A DNA stretch of 64,000 nucleotides from Candidatus Latescibacterota bacterium (lineage in GTDB: Bacteria; Latescibacterota; UBA2968; GCA-2709665). How positions within the stretch are numbered: position 1 is the stretch's first letter; each line of letters starts with the position of its first letter. Under the pieces are notes generated by a model that was not told where the DNA came from, made no database searches, and saw only the letters and a program-made list of their open reading frames with translations. The stretch lies in contig OZ252100.1 of assembly GCA_965248435.1 (NCBI GenBank), positions 1,056,001-1,120,000 of the forward strand. The letters run 5' to 3'. The position numbers and the translations under genes are program-made. Shown piece after piece: positions 58,502-64,000 of the stretch.

Positions 58502-58816
58502 TCAGTTCCTCCTTTCTCCGAGCTCATCGAGGATGTTCAACCAGCGCGTTTCATATTCGGCAAGTGCGGCCTTCCAGGCCCTCGGGGCACAGAGTCCTCT
58601 CTGCAATTCAAGGGCCCTGACATCTATGGTCTGCTCAGCCACTTCGACCTCTGTTAGAACCTCCGGGTCAAGCGAATCGATGCTACGATCGCTGAGCTCG
58701 TTAGAGATTCGGTCTACGACCCTCCGGAACTCGTCACTGAGCTCTGTGAGGGCGGCGTGATTGGCAGAGTAAGTTTCCATGATCGGCTCCCGAAAGGCAT
58801 TTTGATCGGCTGACAT
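58502..58816 (-). CDS. Hypothetical helical protein (104 aa)
   Basis: ORF with a near-consensus promoter directly upstream and a terminator downstream; no family recognised. Confidence 0.65.
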   Translation of the reverse strand: MSADQNAFREPIMETYSANHAALTELSDEFRRVVDRISNELSDRSIDSLDPEVLTEVEVAEQTIDVRALELQRGLCAPRAWKAALAEYETRWLNILDELGERRN

Positions 58817-58840
58817 ATCGAAGGATTCACCCTTGCAAAT

Positions 58841-58869
58841 AGTATACTAAACAGATGTTCAGGTGTCAA
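58841..58869 (-). promoter_or_regulatory. sigma70-type promoter with an SOS-box-like palindrome in the spacer
   Basis: TTGACA-17 nt-TATACT; spacer contains GAAC-ATCT-GTTT (58849-58860). Confidence 0.7.
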
Positions 58870-59003
58870 GGGTGACTTTTCATTTTAATTGAAATCAATT
58901 AAATATGTATCACATTGATAATAATATAAATATATGGTTTTATTAAACTCGATTCTGGGAGTTCACGACCTGCAGGTAGGAAATCGGTCCAGAGTCAGGA
59001 AAC

Positions 59004-59189
59004 AAAAAAACCCCTTTCCCGATCCAGGGGCTTTTTGGTGGGAGGGAAATCCAAAAAGCGTGCTCGGGAAAAGGGCCGTCTTCAGCCCTTATACGCCCCG
59101 GAGTAGGCCGGGGTTGCATAAAAACAGGATCCCCGGCCATCCCACCCCTAATATGTCCGAGGATCCCAATTGGGCCATCCCATAGCCCC
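59004..59189 (-). ncRNA. Candidate 6S-like non-coding RNA
   Basis: Own promoter, about 185 nt, 5'/3' pairing rod with central bubble, apical GGCCGGGG/CCCCGGCC stem, terminal hairpin + T7. Confidence 0.5.
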
Positions 59190-59194
59190 ACCAA

Positions 59195-59223
59195 AATATA
59201 CAACGTCCTATGCTTTTTGTCAA
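59195..59223 (-). promoter_or_regulatory. sigma70-type promoter of the candidate ncRNA
   Basis: TTGACA-17 nt-TATATT. Confidence 0.7.
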
Positions 59224-59328
59224 CAGGGATTTACGCCCATAACCGCCTGACTCCCTCCCCGGATAGGGTGGTATCACCCTTCCCTGTCATCCCGGGCCTG
59301 AACGGCCGAGTTCCGAGGTCAAATTCCT

Positions 59329-60643
59329 TCAGGCGGCCTCCATCTCCCTGAACCGTCGCCCAACATACCTCACAGCCGTCAGCCACAAGGTAAGGATCAC
59401 CAGGGTGAGCAAAGACAGCCAGCGAAGGCTGCCAAACCCCGAAGCCAGGGTCGTAATCAAAAGGCTTAGACCAACAGCGACCGCCTTCGCGAATCGCTGG
59501 ACGAACATATCGATAAACGCTTTGGCCTTGTATTTTTCCTCCCTGCTGGTCGGTACATAAAGCACCTCTTTGGCCGACTGATTGATGGAATAGCTGAATC
59601 CGTTGTCACACGTATTCAACGCACTCCCCAATAGGAGCACGGGCGCCACGAAAAACCCGGCCGAGCCCAGCAAGGCAGCAACGGGCAAGAACAACAACGC
59701 GACCCCGACCCCGAAGCGGGTCATCACAAAGCTCGTCAAAAACAGCTGAACGAAAAGCGCGATCCAGTTCGTAAACGCAAATACCGATGCAAAATGCGCC
59801 CCGATTTCCGGTCCATCGAGATAGTGGGATACCGTTGCCGAAAACTGAAAGTCCATAATCGTAGATACCATCTCGTAGAGCCCCACGATGGCTACGATGG
59901 AAAGCAGGTATGTCGATCTGAAGACCAGCCTGGCGCCTTCAAAGGCCGGATTGCCTCCTGGTACCACGGATTCCGGCTCCGCCTCCGTGGCTGGGAGGTT
60001 CCCCGCAACCCTCCGGCCCACCAGCGACGCAATTACCGCGATCAAAGCCGATTCCCAGACAGACCCACAGCCACTCGGACATACTCAGTTCTTCTACCTT
60101 GGTCCTAAGCATGGTCGAACCGAAGGTACCCCCCAGCACGCCGCCGAGTCCGATCACACCGTAGAGGCGCTTGGCTTCATCGGGTACCACGCTGTCGTTC
60201 AGGAACGCAAAGAAGGTGGCGACCATAATCGTACTGTAGAGATCGCCGAAAAGATAGAATGTCCACACCGTAAAATCCCCGGGGGCATCCAACACGAAGC
60301 TGTAGAGTAAATAACAGACAGCAAAAAACGCTGAAAAGATATACGTCAGCTTTTCCCGCTGGAAAAAACGCACGAGCACGGTAAACACGGTCACGGCCAC
60401 GAAGGCCACTCCCATATTCAGCACCTTCGCGATCAGCTCCGCCTGTGCCGCGTCCAGATGCCAGGCCATCAGATCAAACCCAGTCTGATCGTAATACCCG
60501 ATGAAAAGGCCCTTCTTGAGGGGCTTCAAGATCCAGAACGTGGTTATCACCAAGAAAAAATAGAGAAACATCAAAATCGCCAGGGGTGCCTCTTCCCGGC
60601 GGATGTCAAGAATTTGCCTTAGGGGGTTGCTGGACTGGGCCAA
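59329..60643 (-). CDS. TLC/Npt family ATP/ADP (nucleotide) translocase-like MFS carrier, split by a single frameshift
   Basis: ILKPLKKGLF, EAKRLYGVIGLGGVLGG, KEVLYVPTSREEKYKAKAFID; ORFs 59939-60658 and 59329-60045 join on removing one T at 60044-60046 (GIG-LIAVIA). Confidence 0.82.
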
Positions 60644-60706
60644 AATAGCTCCTATCAACGAATCGAGTTCAGGTTACTGTCGTTTATTCCTTCAGCCTTT
60701 ACTCAT

Positions 60707-60741
60707 CAATCTTGAATCTTCAATCCGCAATTTGCAACGGT
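60707..60741. repeat. Degenerate heptamer tandem repeat
   Basis: caatctt gaatctt caatccg caatttg caacggt. Confidence 0.5.
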
Positions 60742-60778
60742 TCCGGTACCCGTGTTTTGGTTTCCCGGTACCCTGTTT

Positions 60779-62470
60779 CTAGCTCTCTCGCTCCACGCGC
60801 ACGATTTGATACCGCCCCTGCTGCCACGCATAAAAGTAAACGTTCGTCGCCTTGCCCCAACCCGACCTACCCGGTCGCCTTGCTTGAATCCTGAACCCAT
60901 AGTATTTCCGTGGTGGCAACTCGGCTGGCACTTTCAGCGTAACTTCACCTCGATGCATTCCTATCGGACCTACGGGGTTGCCTTCTGCATCGATCAGCGT
61001 GTATCGATACGTTGTCCCTTCGGCTGAAGCCAAGTTTCCATTCACGGCCTGATCCTCAAACCGAAGTCCATCCGGATCTATCCAGAATTTATCCAACGGG
61101 TTGATTTTGTCAAACCAGTACTTGCCGATCATATCTCGCCGCTCGATCAACAGCCGCGTCAACTCGGCGGTGGCGTCAGGGTTGGAATAGTGCCCGGTCT
61201 GAACCATGGCCGCGATCTCTTCATCAGAGAACGACATGACGATCTTGGCTCCCCAATAGCCGTCTCGTGCTGTGCATCGTTCGAATGCAGGGTTGGGATA
61301 GGTCGGAACCCACCTGCCCGGCCGGAACGTCTCGTTCTCAAAGTAGCCGAGTTCCGGATATTTCATTGGAAGGGGCTCGTCCCACGCCTTCCGGTAGAGC
61401 CCGAGAGAAATCAACGATAGTCCAACCGTTCGGGCATCCCATAAGTACTCGTTTCCGTATTTGGGCTTGTGCGGCATCAGATTGTTGCTTCCGAAGGTCG
61501 ACCCCATATCAATGATATAGTGTTTCAGATAGCGTCGCCCTTCCTCATCGGCTACGTACATGTCCAGCGTGTTGGCGGCCCGCCGGTCCGCGTCGTTCAT
61601 CCAGGAACCGATCACCCGCAGCCCCCTGAGTTCCCTGCGATGCTGGTGCCTTACCCGGTCGTTTGGGTCGTCCCTTCGCTTGCTGTGATAGTTGAACACA
61701 CCCGCGGGGATGCCGCTCAGGAATCTGCTGGCTACACACCGCAGTCGGCCGTCCGACTGCGGGATGATGTTATCCAGGGTGCCCCGCACGTCAGACCGAT
61801 TCATCGATCGCTTTCCACCCCGACCGTCCGGCACCCTCGCCTTCCGTCCAATCTCTAGAATGGCCGGGTCGAAGGTAACGACGGAGTTTGACGGAACGTT
61901 GTAACCGGCCGCGTGGAGGATCTTTGTCGCAATCACCTCGGCGGCCGAACCCATCTCGTTGTTCCCCTCAGAATCGAACTTGAGCAGGAACAGCGCGCCT
62001 TTTGGATCTCTGATCGTGAACCCGGCCGTGCCGCCTTCGAATTTTCCAGCCACAATCTCCCAGGACCCGCTGGTGTCCGGCTGGGCAAGGCCGGGCCCGC
62101 GCCTCAGTTCATCCAGGCTCATCCGCTCTAGGAAGTGACGATTCGTAAACCAGGAGGAGTTGGGCACCTCGTCCAATGCGTTCACATTGTCCGCTTCCTG
62201 CACGGGCGCAACCCCCAGGATGTTGCCTGTACGTCGGGCGGTCCAGCCCAGGTCGAGCAGCTTGCCGAATTCGTAGAACAGTGTGTGATCGATCACGTCC
62301 CAAATCTGGTTCTCTTCCATCTCTTCGGGCTCTGGAATATGCCGGTTGTCTGGATCCGCCCACTTGATCGGGTCTGTAGTCAACTTCGGGCTGCTGGCGC
62401 AGCCGCTCAGCAGAAGCAAACACAGCACGCTCCAGTACGTGCTCACCGTTCGGTCAAACGCTGATCTCAT
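60779..62470 (-). CDS. Lipoprotein with atypical kinase-like (PI3/PI4K-HipA-like) motifs
   Basis: Lipobox LSGC; GKFEGGTAGF...LLKFD, AAEVIA, NDADRRAAN, IIDMGSTFG. Confidence 0.7.
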   Translation of the reverse strand: MRSAFDRTVSTYWSVLCLLLLSGCASSPKLTTDPIKWADPDNRHIPEPEEMEENQIWDVIDHTLFYEFGKLLDLGWTARRTGNILGVAPVQEADNVNALDEVPNSSWFTNRHFLERMSLDELRRGPGLAQPDTSGSWEIVAGKFEGGTAGFTIRDPKGALFLLKFDSEGNNEMGSAAEVIATKILHAAGYNVPSNSVVTFDPAILEIGRKARVPDGRGGKRSMNRSDVRGTLDNIIPQSDGRLRCVASRFLSGIPAGVFNYHSKRRDDPNDRVRHQHRRELRGLRVIGSWMNDADRRAANTLDMYVADEEGRRYLKHYIIDMGSTFGSNNLMPHKPKYGNEYLWDARTVGLSLISLGLYRKAWDEPLPMKYPELGYFENETFRPGRWVPTYPNPAFERCTARDGYWGAKIVMSFSDEEIAAMVQTGHYSNPDATAELTRLLIERRDMIGKYWFDKINPLDKFWIDPDGLRFEDQAVNGNLASAEGTTYRYTLIDAEGNPVGPIGMHRGEVTLKVPAELPPRKYYGFRIQARRPGRSGWGKATNVYFYAWQQGRYQIVRVERES

Positions 62471-62507
62471 ACCCCTTCTTTACCTCCACGCCTTGAACAC
62501 GAAAGGC

Positions 62508-63974
62508 CTAAAACGCCTGCTCCATAACCAGCCCTACCAGCGCCTTCTCTTCGGCGCTGTGCCCCACTCGGATCTTGCCCAGGAGCCCGATCTCGGTTCG
62601 GAGGGAGATTCCTCCTCCCCACGATGTTCGAAAACCGCCTCCCTCGATCTCATCAAAATCGTCAAATATCTGGGTCTCATCCCAGAAAACGAACGCGTTC
62701 CAGGTATCCCAGATCGGGTACCGGTATTCTACGCTGAAGAGCAGTGCCCCCTGACCCCTGAAGTACCCCCTGCGGTATCCACGGGCCGAGGTGCTGCCCC
62801 CTAAAAGCACAAGATCGGTATATGGAATCGCGTTGTCATCCGCACTGCTCACCTTCTCCAGTCTGGCACGAAGCGCGAGGATCCTGTCCCGCCAGAACAG
62901 GGTCACATACCGCGACAGCTCAGCCGCGATCCGGGTGAACTTCACCTCCTCCGACCCGCTCACCCACTCCGCTTCCGCCGCAATCAATCCCCCTCCCTCT
63001 GGATACCCCAGATCCCTGTAGGAATGGTAGAGCCCGTTCGAATAAGTCAACACCCGCCCCGGCAGTACATAGTTCAGCGGGAGCAAGATTTCCTGAACTG
63101 GCCGCTTATGGTCCCGGTCGTCATAGGCGACACGCCCCCCGAACCGGTAGAGATCGATCTGCAGGCCCAACCCGTTCAGCGCGTTTGCCCGAGCCGTTGA
63201 TCCCGGGTGAGTCAGCGGGCCTGGAGGCCCCTCCCGCTGCCGCAGGTCACGCCGTCCGTAGCCCGCCCAGACGTCGATGATGAAATTGCGTTTGTGAGTC
63301 GCCAGATCGCCCGCATTCAGCCGCCAGCCCAGCGTAGTCCGGATGTCCGCTCGCTCGATCTGGTAGAGTCGGATGTCGTCTTCCCGAACGGCTGCGTTGA
63401 CCGTGGCGCTGCGGTTGCGCGTTCGTAGGTATTCCCCTTCGAACTTCCACACGAAACTGCTGCCAAGCAGGCTCGGGTCCAGATACACCCCCCCTGCCAT
63501 TTGCCCACGTCCTCCCGCGTAGATGAAGAAGCCTTGGAACTGCTTTCCGTTTCCCCAAAGGTCGGTGTGGAACAGGCGAGCGCCTCCGCCCGACCCGGTC
63601 TCTCCTCCAAGCTGAACCTGTGGGAAAACTCCAAACGTGCCCGCTTCGTTCGTGAAGAATTCAGAAAATTTTTCCGCGAGCTTGCCTCGTTCCGCGCGAA
63701 TGGCAAGCATTCCCAAGGGAATGAACAGCGAAGAGTAGACGGTTCGGGGCAGAGCCAGCAGGAAGTTTGGCGATGGGGAACGATACACATCGGCACTGTC
63801 AACTTGCCCAGCCTTCGAGATGTCGTAGGGGCTATGTCGCGTCAATGATCCTGTGGAGTTGTGCAGGTGGAGGGAGTCTGCAGAACTGCTATCGGCGTCA
63901 AGGGGTGAAGGAAGGACGAGCGCCTGCCCCAACAAGACACCTGAAATACACATCGGGATCCAAATTTGCTTCAT
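62508..63974 (-). CDS. Omp85 (BamA/TamA-like) outer-membrane beta-barrel without POTRA domains
   Basis: Signal peptide, amphipathic beta-strands, LGGSTSARGY (loop-6 RGY motif), VEYRYP, C-terminal Phe. Confidence 0.8.
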   Translation of the reverse strand: MKQIWIPMCISGVLLGQALVLPSPLDADSSSADSLHLHNSTGSLTRHSPYDISKAGQVDSADVYRSPSPNFLLALPRTVYSSLFIPLGMLAIRAERGKLAEKFSEFFTNEAGTFGVFPQVQLGGETGSGGGARLFHTDLWGNGKQFQGFFIYAGGRGQMAGGVYLDPSLLGSSFVWKFEGEYLRTRNRSATVNAAVREDDIRLYQIERADIRTTLGWRLNAGDLATHKRNFIIDVWAGYGRRDLRQREGPPGPLTHPGSTARANALNGLGLQIDLYRFGGRVAYDDRDHKRPVQEILLPLNYVLPGRVLTYSNGLYHSYRDLGYPEGGGLIAAEAEWVSGSEEVKFTRIAAELSRYVTLFWRDRILALRARLEKVSSADDNAIPYTDLVLLGGSTSARGYRRGYFRGQGALLFSVEYRYPIWDTWNAFVFWDETQIFDDFDEIEGGGFRTSWGGGISLRTEIGLLGKIRVGHSAEEKALVGLVMEQAF

Positions 63975-64000
63975 CCGGCCACCCAAAACGCGCTTTCAAC

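Noticed and set aside
59036-59189. tRNA-Ala/tmRNA-like ends (GGGGCTAT ... CCCACCA)
   Set aside because: No 7-bp acceptor stem, no TTCGA T-loop and no tag ORF; too short for tmRNA

Overview
Gene-dense, moderately GC-rich chromosomal window from a diderm bacterium. Two GWxTD-type proteins, a TonB receptor/DUF4249 pair and many Gfo/Idh/MocA, HpcH and MlrC-type enzymes suggest an FCB-group/Latescibacterota-like organism (inference only). No prophage, integrase, transposase, rRNA or CRISPR array is visible. Housekeeping content includes a 2-oxoacid:ferredoxin oxidoreductase, a complete selenocysteine cluster selA-selB-selD-selC (SelD is itself a selenoprotein with an in-frame TGA and a SECIS-like hairpin), galU, fbaB, mazG, tRNA-Thr, transaldolase, a polyprenyl synthase and a MrfA/Hrq1-like helicase. 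Best discovery candidates: (1) a co-oriented trio of a POTRA-less Omp85 barrel, a lipoprotein with atypical-kinase motifs and an ATP/ADP-translocase (TLC/Npt)-family carrier, suggesting an ATP-fed envelope phosphorylation system; (2) a TolC / IPCT-DIPPS / MlaC(HpnM)-like / MMPL / radical-SAM cluster suggesting synthesis and export of an inositol lipid; (3) a dual-specificity phosphatase with a winged-helix-like insertion; (4) a promoter- and terminator-bounded 6S-like RNA plus other structured RNAs; (5) sigma54-type motifs in front of four operons. Two single-base frameshifts in short homopolymers look like assembly errors. All protein calls come from motif recognition by eye, not database searches.
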